Below are positions 25,125 through 38,189 of a DNA stretch of 64,000 nucleotides, piece after piece; position 1 is the stretch's first letter; every line of letters begins with the position of its first letter. The position numbers and the translations under genes are program-made. The notes under the pieces were generated by a model. That model did not search any database. It saw nothing but the letters and a program-made list of their open reading frames with translations, and was not told where the DNA came from. This DNA is from Mobula birostris (taxonomy: Eukaryota). The stretch spans positions 47,416,150 to 47,480,149 of the forward strand of contig NC_092379.1 in the NCBI RefSeq assembly GCF_030028105.1, read 5' to 3'.

Positions 25125-26785
25125 AGACAATAGACAATAGGTGCAGAGTAGGCTATCCGGCCCTTCGAGCCAGCACCGCCATTCACTGTGATCATGGCTG
25201 ATCATCCCCAATCAGTATCCAGTTCCTGCCTTATCCCCATAACCTTTGATTCCGCTATCTTTAAGATCTCTATCCATCTCTTTCTTGAAATCATCCAGAG
25301 ACTTGGCCTCCACAGGCTTCTGGGGCAGAGCATTCCATATATCCACCACTCCTTGTGTGAAAAAGTTTTTCCTCAACTCCGTTCTAAATGGCCTACCCCT
25401 AATTCTTAAACTGTGGTCTTTAGTTCTGGACGTACCCATCAGCGGGAACATGCTTCCTGCCTCCAGCGTGTCCAATCCCTTAATAATCTTATATTGACAA
25501 ATGACAGTCTCGCCATACCGGGAATTAACCTTGTGAACCTACGCTGCACTCCCTCAATAGCAAGAATGTCCTTCTTCAAATTTGGAGACCAAAACTGCAC
25601 ACAGTATTCCAGGTGTGGTCTCACCAGGAGCCTGTACGGCTGCAGAAGGACCACTTTGCTCTTATACTCAATTCCCCTTGCTATGAAGGCCAGCATGCCA
25701 TTAGCTTTCTTCACTGCCTGCTGTACTTGCATGCTTGCTTTCAGTGACTGATGTACAAGAACACCTAGATCTCGTTGTGCTTCCCCTTTTCCTAACTTGA
25801 CTCCATTTAGATAATAATCTGCCTTCCCGTTCTTACCACCAAAGTGGATAACCTCACATTTATCCACATTAAACTGCATCTGCCATGCATCTGCCCACTT
25901 ACCCAGCCTGTCCAAGTCACCCTGCATTCTCATAACATCCTCCTCACATTTCACACTGCCACCCAGCTATGTGTCATCGGCAAATTTGCTAACGTTACTT
26001 TTAATTCCCTCATCTAAATCATAATATGTACTGTAAACAGCTGCGGTCCCAGCACTGAACCCTGCAGTACCCCGCTGGTCACCGCCTGCCATTCCGAAAG
26101 GGACCCGTTAATCGCCACTCTTTGTTTTGTCAGCCAGCCAATTTTCAATCCATGTCAGTACTCTGGCCCCAATACCATGTGCCTTAATTTTGTCCACTAA
26201 TCTCCTATGTGGGACTTTATCAAAGGCTTTCTGAAAGTCCAGGTACACTATATCCACTGGCTCTCCCTTGTCCATTTTCATAGTTACATCCTCAAAAAGT
26301 TCCAGAAGATTAGTCAAGCACGATTTCCCCTTCGTAAATCCATGCTGACTCGGACCAATCCTGTTACTGCTATCCAGATGTGTCGTAATTTCATCTTTTA
26401 TGACTGACTCCAGCATCTTTCCCACCACCGACGTCAGGCTAACCGGTCTATAATTCCCTGTTTTCTCTCTTCCTCCCTTCTTGAAGAGAGGGACAACATT
26501 AGCCACCTTCCAATCCACAGGAACTGATCCTGAATCTATAGAACATTGGAAAATGATTACCAATGCGTCCACGATTTCTAAAGCCACCTCCTTAAGTACC
26601 TTGGGATGCAGACCATCAGGTCCCAGGGACTTATCAGCCTTCAGACACAACAGTCTATCCAACACCATTTCCTGCCTAATATAAATTTCCTTCAATTCAT
26701 CCATTACCCTAGGTCCTTTGGCCACTATTACATTTGGGAGATTGTTTGTGTCTTCCCTAGTGAAGACAGATCCAAAATACCTGTA
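25125..26785 (-). mobile_element. CR1 LINE, 5'-truncated, internal deletion near 25495
   Basis: ORFs 26108..26836, 25439..25954, 25212..25475; (tattgtc)n tail; same subfamily as 12078-14690. Confidence 0.95.
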
Positions 26786-27744
26786 CCTGCTTACTAACAA
26801 ATGAAGCAGCGAATTTCTGTTAATTTTACAACCCAAGTTGTAAATTCACAGGAAACATCACATCCCGGCTTGACGCGAGCTAGATAGCTGGGGAAACGCG
26901 TGGCGTTGGGTGATGTGTTTTGATATCCTCACAGACCTGTGAACACATCTGTATTTGAATAGCACATGGTTGAGCCAGTTAGATTTGGCTTCGCTCTGCT
27001 TATATTTTTCCATCTGTAATTTGTAAGTGACACTGGATATTCACTGATTAAAAGCAGTATTTATTGTATATAGTTTAGCGACACCATGAATGACTGGAGT
27101 CATTCTATTCAGTGATGAACTTGATCGACTTTAATTGTAGGAGAGAACTGACTGATGAAGCGTGCTGCATGCAAAACTCTCAAAACAACCAAATAAAAGT
27201 CAGATGTAAAATATCGTTAGTGCAGCAGCAAGTCTCATTGAGGTAACGAATGTTTGTTTTCCTTCGCCTTTTCTGCACCAAATCTTATAAATTAATTCTC
27301 ATGTTTATTATTTTAAACACGCGGTGCAATAGCAATATGATTTAGAATTTGTTATTTTAAGAGATTAACGTCAACAGTCTTTGTACAGGTGTACTAAAAT
27401 GACCCCTTTATTTCAATCAGTCTCTGTTATATTTTAATTAACGATAAAACAATGAATATATCTGTTATATATTTCAAGCGAAACGGTGAAGGTGAAAGAG
27501 GGTGGGGCAGACTTTCAAGGTAATTTTATTACCACATTACATACGTATCGCTATATTGAACCTTGAGATACATTTTCTTGTGGACAATCACCTTATATAC
27601 AAGAAACACCATAGCATCAATGAAAGACCACATTTAACAAGACGGACAACAAACCGATGTAAAATAAAACAACAAATTGTGCAAATACAAAAGGAAAGAG
27701 AAATAATAATAAAATAAACCAACATTACCAAAATGTTGCTTTAA

Positions 27745-28160
27745 AATGCAAACTCAAAAAATAAACCATTCCTTACTATAATTACAAGAATCCCACAAAT
27801 GGTGTAATAATACAGGATAAACAAGCAAGAACAACTTAAAAGCCATTCCAAACACTTAGAGAAATCAAGAAGTGGAAAGCACCAAAAATATGCTGAATTA
27901 ATAGAGGAATTTGAAAGACTTTGGAACATGAACAGAGTATACATTGTCCCGATAGTAATATCTACAACTGATATCATCCCAAAGTCATGACACAATAACA
28001 ATAAACAATTAGGTCTACACAGAAATATTTATGTAATTGTTCAGAAAGCCACAGTACTAAACAGCATTTGGATAGTTCTAAAGTTCCTGCAATTGTGAAA
28101 TGAATGTGCCCGTACCTCAGGTTTTGTCAGCATGAACTGAGGAAAAAAAAGTAAATAAAT
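27745..28160 (+). mobile_element. R4/Dong-like non-LTR retrotransposon 3' end (restriction-like endonuclease), degenerate
   Basis: Fragments AIPNT, KHQKYAELIEEFERLWNMNRVYIVPIVISTT.IIPKS, QKATVLN...IVLKFL; A-rich tail. Confidence 0.7.
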
Positions 28161-28744
28161 AAACAAACAAACAAGCAATAAACATTGAGAATGGTTTGGA
28201 CCAGGGCAGTATGTGTCTGCGTGGTGCCTGGCTATCATTTCAGAGGGAATATTTTTGAATTATGAGCCTTGCTGCTTCAATGAAACGACATCAAGCAGAG
28301 TATCCGATTCCAGAGTAAGTTCAAAAAAAGATTTTTAAATTACTATTCCAGATAAGATAAACAACCATACGTTGTTCGAGAGGTTACCCTGCATGTGCAC
28401 CTGACATAAAACAGGACCTACTTTAAGACAAGTCCTACATAGATCTTGTTTAAATGCATTTTACAGTATATCCGTCAGTTTCAAATCACTAAACTGAAAT
28501 GACCGGTAATGTCTCAACGCACAAAGTGGTGACAAGTTTCAGTGCCAGTAAGGAACACCTGTCATTTTTGTAGATACGTAGATATCACGCCACAACTGGA
28601 TGTTCATTTTTGTCAGTAGTACAACAGTGCGGTTTACCACATAACGATCGTTGCGTGTGGTATTGGAAAGACACCTGTCGGCCGCATGCGGTTGGTTCTG
28701 CCGTTGTCCAGGAAGGCAAATAGCCGTTAATTGTGGACTTAGAC

Positions 28745-29225
28745 AGAAACATAGAAAACGTGCAGCACAATACAGGCCCTTCGGCCCACAATGCTGTGCC
28801 GAACATGTACTTACTTAGAAATTAACTAAAGTTACCCCTAGCCCTCTATTTTTATACTCATCCAGGAGTCTCTTCAAAGACCCTATTATTGTATCCACGT
28901 CCACCACCGTCGTTGGCAGCCCATTCCACGCACTCGCCACTCTCTGTGTAAAAAAACTCCTCTGTGATATCTCCTCTGTACCCACTTCCAAGCACCCTAA
29001 AACTGTGCTCGCTCATGTTAGCCATAGAGGGAAAAGGCTCTGACTATCCACACGATCAATGCCTCTCATAATCTTATACACCTCTATCAGATCACTTCTC
29101 ATCTTCCTCCGCTCCAAGGAGAAAAGGCGGATTCACTCAACCTATTCTCATAAGGCATGCTCCCCAATCCAGGCAACATCCTTGTAAATCTACTCTGCAC
29201 CCTTTCTATAGTTTCCCCAATCTTC
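28745..29225 (-). mobile_element. CR1 3' fragment
   Basis: agaaacatagaaaacgtgcagcacaatacaggccc tail, reverse complement of the 4860-4955 type. Confidence 0.8.
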
Positions 29226-29656
29226 CTTGGTTATTATTACTGTAAGGATCCATGTCAATAAACAGGGACCTCTGTTTCTGTTGTAAGAAGATACAGGAAG
29301 GACATCTGTTGGAAAAGTGAGAGGTATCTTTCTGAAACAGATAGTCACCTCTCAGTAAACTAGGATATTTCCACTTTACTGATACAGAAATGTCAACTTC
29401 CAGTAAGATGGATCGTTGTGCACTTATACCGACAGATTACCTATCAGCAAACTGTGACATTGGCGTTTTAGGATTTCTGTACTATATGATGGATACCACA
29501 CCTCCGAAGTCCAACCTTAGATGGTAATTGGCTTAAGGATACCACAAACCAATGAAAGCTTTCATTTTGCAACTCTTCAGATTAGAAGACCATTCTTTCG
29601 CAACTGCTATCCTTAAAGAAGTTACGATTTAAATGAAATAGAATTCATGTTGCATT

Positions 29657-30572
29657 TTATCTCCTTCGTGGAATAAAGAAGTTAGAAAGGAGATTCAGTG
29701 GATACTTGGCCGCCTTGTTTCAGCCATTTAGAAATGATCGGATCTCTGCATAAATGTAGGTTTGTTCAGGAGCTCGGAAGCTGAAGGATGTATCCGATTT
29801 CCCGCAGAATGAACCGAGAGTCATTGGGTCATTGAAAGTTGTAGTCTTTGAGAACAGGCACCAGCAGAAACAGCATAATATACGTCATCAATAACAGTAT
29901 GAAACTTCCCGAGAAGGAAAGCAGGAAAATGATGAACTTTTTCTGGGTTTCCATCTCCGGATCACTCTGAGTTTTTCAACTGCTCTGAACCTGGAACCTC
30001 CGGCGGGCTTGCTTCGCGGCCAGAATCTGCCTGAACGTCAGCGCATTGACCAGCAAAATCAAAAGGAACGGGAGACGGGGGAACGTGATGCTGTCCAACC
30101 ACTCAGATACCATTCCCACGGGTGAAGTATAGCGGATTTCCTTCATCCTGCAACATCACGGGACATTATTATCTCCATAAATCGGGTCATGTATGACGTT
30201 AAAAAGGAATGCCGGTTAAAGAGCTCAGCGAATGGATCGTCCCTACAACGACTGCCGTCATCCGATCGGTGCGATATTTTGTTTTAAGTTTCTGGCAGCA
30301 AATAACTAACAATCAATCAAAAGTAAAGCTGTCCGTTAACCAAACTGAACTGACACTGGCTGCAAGTGTTAGCAAGTTGGTGACACCGCACACAGCAGTG
30401 ACTGACAGGAAACTACCCGAAAGATGCATCCCCCTGAGCCGGTTGATGATAACCTGGGCGAATACGACCACCTGATCCGTTACTGTTATGGATACCAGGT
30501 CAGTTGAGATACATTAGGAGAGGCCGCATTTCCCTCGAGATAGGATCTCAATCGCCACAAAATAATTTTTTC
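29657..30572 (-). pseudogene. GPR139-like class-A GPCR pseudogene (exon 2)
   Basis: Translates NYFVAIEILSRGKCGLS*CIST...VWLTDSFTFD*LLVICCQKLKTKYRT...PFLLILLVNALTFRQIL...SDPEMETQKKFII...GSFILL...; co-linear with 56060-57003; at least 6 stops plus frameshifts; DRF Arg is TGA at 30313-15. Confidence 0.92.
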
Positions 30573-31257
30573 AGGGGAAAGAGGGAGAGAGAGAGAGAGA
30601 GAGAGCATGAACACTGAAATCTCCGATTTCAGGTAACCCATACGCCTCTGTTTCCCCCCTCCTTCTGATCTACCAATCCCTCTTGCAAGCACCTTTCACT
30701 CCACCACAATCGCCCTGTTAACCAGTTTATTTCGCCAGCTGGCCCGTTTCCATCAGCCCGATACCCACATAGTCTCTTTTCTCCTTCTTGTTGTCAGCAC
30801 CCTCCCTTCTCTGGTTCTACACATCACCTTCCTTCCTGATCGCATTCCACAGTCTGCAGTCCTTGAATGAATCCATTAATCATCACCCCCTCCCGCCGCT
30901 TCTGTCGCTATCCCTAGCCCTCCCTCTCCAAAGTCCACCTATCGACTGTGGACCCCTAAGCATAGACCTATGCGTCCTGGCTATTAACCAAATTGTCATT
31001 CCTGTTTAATGCGCTATCTCCTCCCGCTCTCCCTTATTGCATAGAAGATAGCGCCATCTAGCCATTGTCTCCTCATAATCCTCCAGATGGTCGGAAGTAG
31101 GTACATCCTGCTGTTGTGCGGTGACCAAACATGTACGCTGTGATCCAAGAGTGTTTTACTCATTTTGCAGCTTGAACTCGCTGCATTACATTTATATTCT
31201 GTTCTTTGTTCATTAAAGTAAACGGGTCATGTCCCTTCTTAACCACCTCCTTTACAT

Positions 31258-32040
31258 AAACACGAGATATCCTGCATATGCTGGAAATCCAGAGTAAAAC
31301 ACAAAACGTGTTGCTGGAACTCAGCAAGTCAGGCAATATCTATGGAGAAAAATAAGTTACCTTCAAGGTAAATGTTTCGGGCCGAGACCCTTCGTCAGGA
31401 ATGGAAAGGAAGGGGAAGAAAACAGAATTTGAAAGTAGGTGAAATAGAGGAAGGAATACAAGATGACAGATGACAGGTGAAACCAAATGAGAGGTTAAGT
31501 GGATGGGCGGGGGAGGGGTTATAAACTGGGAAACTGGGAGGCGATAGATGGAAAAGATAAAGGTCTGAAGAAGAAGGAATCTGATCGGAGAGGAGACCGA
31601 GCATTGGAGAAATGGCGGATGATGAGGCACGGAGGGACGTGGTAGACATGTGAGGAGAAGAGAAGGGATAAGAGGGGAGCCAAAATGAGGAAACGGATAA
31701 GAAGAGAAGGGGGAGAGAAAAAATTAATCAGAAGTTGGAGAAATCGCTGTTCATGCGGTCAAGTTGGAGGTTATGCAACGGAATATGAAGCGTTGCTGCT
31801 CCAATCTGAGAGTGGCCTCACTGTGATAGGAGAGGAATGCCATAGACCGACATATCGCAAAGGGGAGTGGAGTTAAAATGGTTGGCCGGGAACTCATGCC
31901 TGCTACGAACAGAAAGGAAGTGCTCGACAAAGCGGTCCCCCAATCAATGTCGGGTCTCGCACCAGGAGTATCAGGTACAATAAATAACCCCGGCAGACTT
32001 GCAGGTTAACTGTTGCCTCAACTGGAAGGACTGTTTGCTG
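31258..32040 (-). mobile_element. Penelope-like element 3' fragment with degenerate hammerhead
   Basis: Reverse match to GIY-YIG end and terminus; CTGACGA-agggtctcggccc-GAAA-catt at about 31372-31398. Confidence 0.7.
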
Positions 32041-32526
32041 CTCTAAATAGTAGTGAATTGGCAGGTATAACATTTCTTCCCGTTACCTTCAAGTTAAATG
32101 TAAACGTCCACAGCAATAGTCCTCTGTTCTCTGTACTTCGGAGTCTCACTGCATTTATTTTATTTTCATAGATTCCCTTTTCTTGTTGCTTTCGCTAGCT
32201 GTGGTAATTCACAAATCGTTGGATTAAATTCCACTTGCCATTTCTGTATCAATAAAGTAGTCCACTGATAGCTCCCGTCAATGTGGAAGTTTCTTCCTCA
32301 CTACCGAACACAATGTTAAGTTTATTAGCATTTGCAGTTTTGTTTTTCATGGCCTCCACACTTATATATCATGAATATAAGGAGATCTAGTCCTACAATT
32401 TGCAGAACCTCATTGCAAACAGTCCTCCCGCTCCAAAACTGGTTGACTATTTGCTCTTACTTTCTATCATGAAGCCATTTTCAGTCCAAATTTTCTTCTT
32501 TTTGTTGGGTCCCGCGAAAATTTACT

Positions 32527-33698
32527 ACTCATCATCATCAGGTGCCGTGCTCATTTTGAGCTTTGACTGCCATGGCCCACACGTTGCTGTTTCGGGTCAA
32601 GTGGATCAATTCATTGGAATTCATTTCCAGTTCTCTAGCTGCTGTCTCCATCATCATTTGTCTTTGTCTTCCTCTTGCTTTCTTCCCTTCAGTCTTTCCC
32701 ATAATTACCGTGCATTCTAACTCCTCTTTCCTAATCACATGTCCAATGAAGTTACGTTGCCTTTTCATGATCTCATACATTATTTTCCTTATTGTGCTTG
32801 CTCTGTTCATGACACCCTCGTTAGATATTCGTTTCATCCATGATATTCTTTGCATCCTCCTCAAAAACCACATCTCTGCTTCAATTTCTTTCCTCAAGTT
32901 ACTAGATATTGTCCAACATTCTGAACCACATAACATAACAGGATAAACGTAACATTTCAGTACTCTGAGGCGGGTTATCATGCCTAGCTTAGTGTGGGTC
33001 AGTATATTCTTCATTCTCGTAAAGGTGTATTTTGCCATCCTGATCCTTCTTTTGATGTCCATGTCGCACCTGCCATCTGATGTCACCCAGCTTCCTAAGT
33101 AGCAAAAGTTTTGTACTTGTTTTATGTCTTCCCCATTTATTCTCAGCCTGCAGATAGGATTGTCCTTCTTTTTGGAGATCACCATACATTCTGTCTTTTT
33201 GCAATTGATAGATAGACCCATTTTTGCACTTACTTCAACAACTATATCAATTAAGTTTTGTAGTTCTTCCTCCGTACTTACAATTAACACAATGTCATCC
33301 ACATATCTGAAGTTATTGATGTTTTCATCGCCAGCTTTGATTCCCAAGATGTCTCTTATTTTCTGTAATATTGTTTCACTAAACACATTAAACAAATCAG
33401 GGGAGAAAACACACCCTTGTCTGACGCCTTTCTTGATTTTCGTAAACTGACTCACTTCTCCATCTATTCTTACAGCGGCAGTTTGTTCCCAGTACAGATT
33501 TCTGATTAAGCGGAGGTCTTTCGAATCTAGAAGATCTAGAGTTTCCTGTAATATTTCAAATAAATTATTGTGCTTCACTTTACCAAATGCTTTTGTGTAG
33601 TCGATAAAACAAATAAAAAAATCTGTTTGCACTTGAATAGCTCGGTCTGATAGTATCCTTAACATTAATATCGCGTTTCTTGTAACTTCGTCTTTCAC
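32527..33698 (-). mobile_element. RTE (BovB-like) LINE, 5'-truncated, open RT frame
   Basis: ORF 32538..33698, 386 aa: FIDYTKAF, GVRQGCVFSPDLFN, RYVDD, FCYLGS; short tca-repeat tail. Confidence 0.92.
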
Positions 33699-34624
33699 TA
33701 AAAGACTTTGCCTTTCCAGTTTGCATCACACTTTCATTTTCTAATGAAAGCTTCTCAGGTACTATATTCTGCTTCCCCCGCTGACTGCCCTGCTGAGTGT
33801 TTCGAGCGTTTTCTCTTTTGTTTTCGATTTCTGACTTCTGTGTGTTTTTCTCCAGTTACAGCATCCCTGTTCCGTCATTCTATCCTCATGCATCTCATTT
33901 TATATCTCTACCAGACATGTTAGCCGTGCATGAGAAATCTTCACCGTCACCTTAAGCACCATTTAATAATTGGTGATTAGTTTATTCAAAGGTTTCAAAG
34001 GTACATTTAATACCGGAGAAATGTATACTATATACATCCTGAATGCTACAAATACCGAGATATGGTGAAAAGCTTTTGATTGCAAGACATCCAGGAGGAT
34101 CATCAAATACATAAGTCCATTTTGGTACAACAACAAAAATAGAAAAAATGCAGACTATAGCGTTAAAGTTACGGAGAAAGCAAGTGCAGTGCCTGTAGAC
34201 AAAAGAGGGCAAGAAGTGGGTTCATCCTTACATTATAGGCGGTCTATTAAAGCGCTCTACAACAGATGAAGGCCTTGTTAGAATTAGCCCGGATTTTGCG
34301 GGACACAAGAATTTTTCAACACTGGACGATGATTTGGTGTAGACAAATTATGCCAGGCTAGATCTATAATTGGCTCAACTCTTTCGTGCACTGGGGATTG
34401 GAGATGTAATTTACTTTAAATAGCAAATAATCTGCTGGACGAGCACAGGAGTCGAGCAGCATCTGTGGAAGGAAAAGTCGAATTTTCAGGTCAAGACCTT
34501 GCATCTGGACACAGAATGAAGAGGGAAGACTGACTCTATGAGGGCCGCCAGGGAAGATAGACTATACGGGAGGGCACAGTCAACAGGTCATTCCGCTGGT
34601 CTGATCTGTGGAAGGTCGCAAAAG

Positions 34625-35155
34625 CCAGACTCAGCTTTCTCCTCAGGACAACCTTACCCAACCCTCGATATCTTCACTAGTGTTTAGGCAATGAGGATAG
34701 CTGCCCTCTGTGTGATACCACCAGTGCTAACCTCCAACACATCCTAGTAGGATGCAAGACTGTGCTGTCCAAAAGGCGCTACAGATGGCGGCATGACCAG
34801 GTCTTGAAGAAGCTGAAGTGACCTTGGAGACCTGCAGGCCGGAAGCAGCCTTTCCCCAGCAGGGCGACAAGTCATCCTATTTGTTAAGGCTGGGAGGAGC
34901 ACCGAACGCAGCCGCCCAAGAGCTCTTTCAGGACTTCTATCCACAGGCAAGGAGTGGAACACGAGGGCAGATCACTGCAGCCAGCTACAGTTCCCCACGG
35001 AAATTATCACCACATCTATCTGCCCAGACAGAATATTGTAGTCTATGGCCGCCAGGACAGTCCTCCTCATTGAGTTAACAATCCCATGGGAGGAAGGAGT
35101 GGAAACTGCCCATGAGTGGAAGAGGCTGAAGCACTTAGACCTGGCAGCTAAGTCA
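34625..35155 (+). mobile_element. HERO/NeSL-like retrotransposon 3' fragment (CCHC knuckle plus restriction-like endonuclease)
   Basis: CPLCDTTSANLQHILVGCKTVLSKRRYRWRHDQVLKKL and ELTIPWEEGVETAHEWKRLK. Confidence 0.75.
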
Positions 35156-36406
35156 CATTCAAGGTGCAGAAAATATTAACGATGATACGGAGCAGATTTT
35201 CCAGTTTCCACAAAAACAACGCCCACGATAGTTCAATTCTGGACACTGTTATGCTGACGTGTTTGAAAATCGAATATTAACACTGGGTGTGAATGTGGGT
35301 GGACAGTAATCGAATTGGTTACGATTTGTATCGTTAAAGAATCCAAATATAAATACTAAAACACAGTGTCATACTCGTTGCACTGCAGGAACATGTGAAT
35401 TGGAACCATATAAGGCCATTCTGTCCCTCGTGTATGTTTCGCCATTAGATACCACAGCGAATCATGTGTTATCTTATATTCTCGTCTACGGAGGCGAGAC
35501 AACATTTCTTCAGGCCAATGCTGTTTTCTCAATCACCATGCTTTGCGTATTCTTCCGAATCCAATGCACGCTCATTTGGAAAGGAAAGTAAAGTTTCAAA
35601 TATTACAAAACCTGGGAGCCAAGAAGACCCTCCCCACAATCTCAGCAAGCTTCCTTCTCTTTCTACTGCAGTCCTTTTCTAATAAAGGTGAATCGATGTA
35701 GCTACTGTCACTAATTATTTTCTGTGCTTATGTGTTGTCTTCCACTGTCTTGTGAATCAGTGGAGGGATATTTACCTCCCCCTCGATATTCATTAGTTTC
35801 TTACGTTGAAAAGAGAAGATCTCAGATGAAAAGCTGAAGAAAACAATAAGTGAAACGGGTGACGATTCATTTAGGTTGTGTCACAGATGAGGATTTGGCC
35901 ACGTGGATTTTGAATAATCAATGCGATGGGCATTCGGAGACAATCAGGTGTTTCTTTGGTGGTAGATATGAGACTATAAGACCATATGACTCCAGAACAA
36001 CATGTTTTCATCCGGGTGAAATAGTCAAAGATGTCATCGAACGTTTTAGGACGTCTTAAATGAAGGCGATGAAGAATGATTTGTTTGGGCCATTGCTCGT
36101 TTATTCTGTTATTAATGACAATAGATGGGTGTATATGTTCCAGCTGCTTAATTTGTCAATAACGTGGCCTGGCATATTGTGATCTGCAAAGGGCATAACG
36201 GTAGATTGCAGTAGGCTATTGACGAGCTTCGAAGTACAATCTGTATGTTGCATCAGGTCTATTTGACTTTGGAGTCGTAGTTATACCTGTTCCAGTCGAG
36301 CTTAGTCAATCAGATGACGCGAATTGTCAGTTTTGCGTGAAAGGTTAATTAAACCTGGTCTGGAAGCTATGAAGGATGGAAGAATAAAAGAAAGAGGTGA
36401 CATCAT

Positions 36407-36440
36407 GATAGATAGATAGATAGATAGATAGGTAGATCGA

Positions 36441-36474
<34 letters not shown>
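36407..36474. repeat. (GATA)n/(GACA)n microsatellite
   Basis: Direct inspection; adjoins a reverse-strand retroposon tail. Confidence 0.95.
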
Positions 36475-36769
36475 TACTTTATTGATCCCAAGGGAAATTG
36501 GGCTTCGTTACAGTTGCACCAACCAAGAATAGAGTATAAATATAGCAATATAAAACCATAAATAATTAAATAATAATATGTAAATGATGCCTGGAATGTA
36601 TACAATGGAATGTATGAGATGGCCAGATGATTAATCTGAGGCATTGTATATTAGAAAAAAGGGCGGGTGAACGCTTTTGATTTGACAAATTTGGCAGTGG
36701 TGATATTTATTTCTTGTTTATTGGCAGCCCTTATTATTTTTGTTCCTTATCCTGTCTCTTGTCTGTGTT

Positions 36770-37490
36770 TCTACTGACAGGAGAAGGGACAAAGGCTGGT
36801 TCCTGGCGCCTTAACACCAGTCACTGCGGGCAGATGGAGCTCGTCCGACGTGGTTGGAAGTCTTCATTTAGCAGAAGGAAAACTCATCACTTGGTTGAGT
36901 GGTGTCGCAAAAAACAACCTCGCACTCACCGTCAGTAAGACTTCAGGAAAGGGAAGTGGAGGGACACACTCCAATGCTCATCGAGGATCAATCGAAGAAA
37001 GGGTGAGCAGTATCAAGTTTCTGGGTGTCAAAATCTCTGAAGACCTTTTCTGTGTTCAATATATTGATGCAATTAAAAAGAAGCCACGACCACGGCTATA
37101 TTTCATTAAGTGTTTGTGGAGCTTAGTATGTCACCAAAGACACTCGGAATTTTCTACATATGTACCGTGGAGAGCTTTCTAACCGATTGCATCAGCGTGT
37201 GGTATGAAGGGGCCACTGCAGAATCGGAAAATGCTGCAGAAAGTTGTAAACGCAGCCACCTCCATCAGGGGCACTATCGTCCCCAGCATCGTGGACAGCT
37301 CCAAAAGGCGATACCTCAAAAATGCGGCATCCATCATTAAGGACCCCCCTCCCCCTCACCCAGAACATACCTTTTTCTCATTGTTACCATATAGGAGCAG
37401 GCATAAGAGCCTGAAGACACGCGCCCAAGGTTTCAGGAACAATTTTTTTCACCCTGACATTCGATTTCTGAATGGAGAGTAGATCCATAA
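36770..37490 (+). mobile_element. Rex1/Babar LINE 3' fragment
   Basis: ORFs 36850..37182, 37110..37340 (FYICTVESFLTDCISVWY) and 37204..37482 (HPEHTFFSLLPY). Confidence 0.85.
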
Positions 37491-38189
37491 ACACTAGCCC
37501 ACTATTTTTCCCTTGATTTTTGAACTACTCAGTTAATTTATTTTATATACATTCGTGTTATAATTTACAGTTATTATTATTATGCATTGAAATATCCTGC
37601 TGCCTGAAATCAAAATAAACATGACATATGCCAGTGACATTCAATCTGATTCTGATTCTGAGCTTCATCGTTGACCGGCAATTCCTGTGATGTCGCTGGT
37701 GCCAAACCTCTCTGCCGTTCCTTTGAATTCACCAGCTGCGTGGAGAGTGGGGCGGACTGCATGGGCAACAGCTCGCTCCCTGTATACTACTGTTCTGGCT
37801 TGCGTAGGACAGGTATGACACAACATCGACGGTCAGTCCGACAATCTAATCCTGAGAAATAGGCGGCATCGGAAGATGTAGAATACTTGTGGGTAGAGTG
37901 AAGAAACTGCAAGGGTAAAAAGGCTCTGATAGGTGTTATATACAGAGCTCCAAACAGTGGTTAGGATGTGGGATATAAATGTCAAAGGGAATAGAAATGT
38001 CATGTCCAAAGGCCATTGCTACGATAGTCAAGCGGGGTTGGGGTGTCAATATACAGGTAGGTTGGGAAACTGAGGTTGGTGCTGGATCCTAAGAGAGAAC
38101 ATTTGTAGAATGCCTACAAGATAGCTTTTTATAGCTAGTGTCATGAACCTGATTTGATTAGGGGGCTTAAAGTAATGCAACCGGTAGGA

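Noticed and set aside
28244-28314. 71-nt exon-like segment (AG...GTAAGT) reading GIFLNYEPCCFNETTSSR, faintly CC-chemokine-like
   Set aside because: Too short, no partner exons or later cysteines found; compatible with chance.
33982-34212. Hydrophobic ORF vaguely like GPCR TM4
   Set aside because: None of the family's signature motifs (DRF, CCQKLK, SDPEME) flank it.
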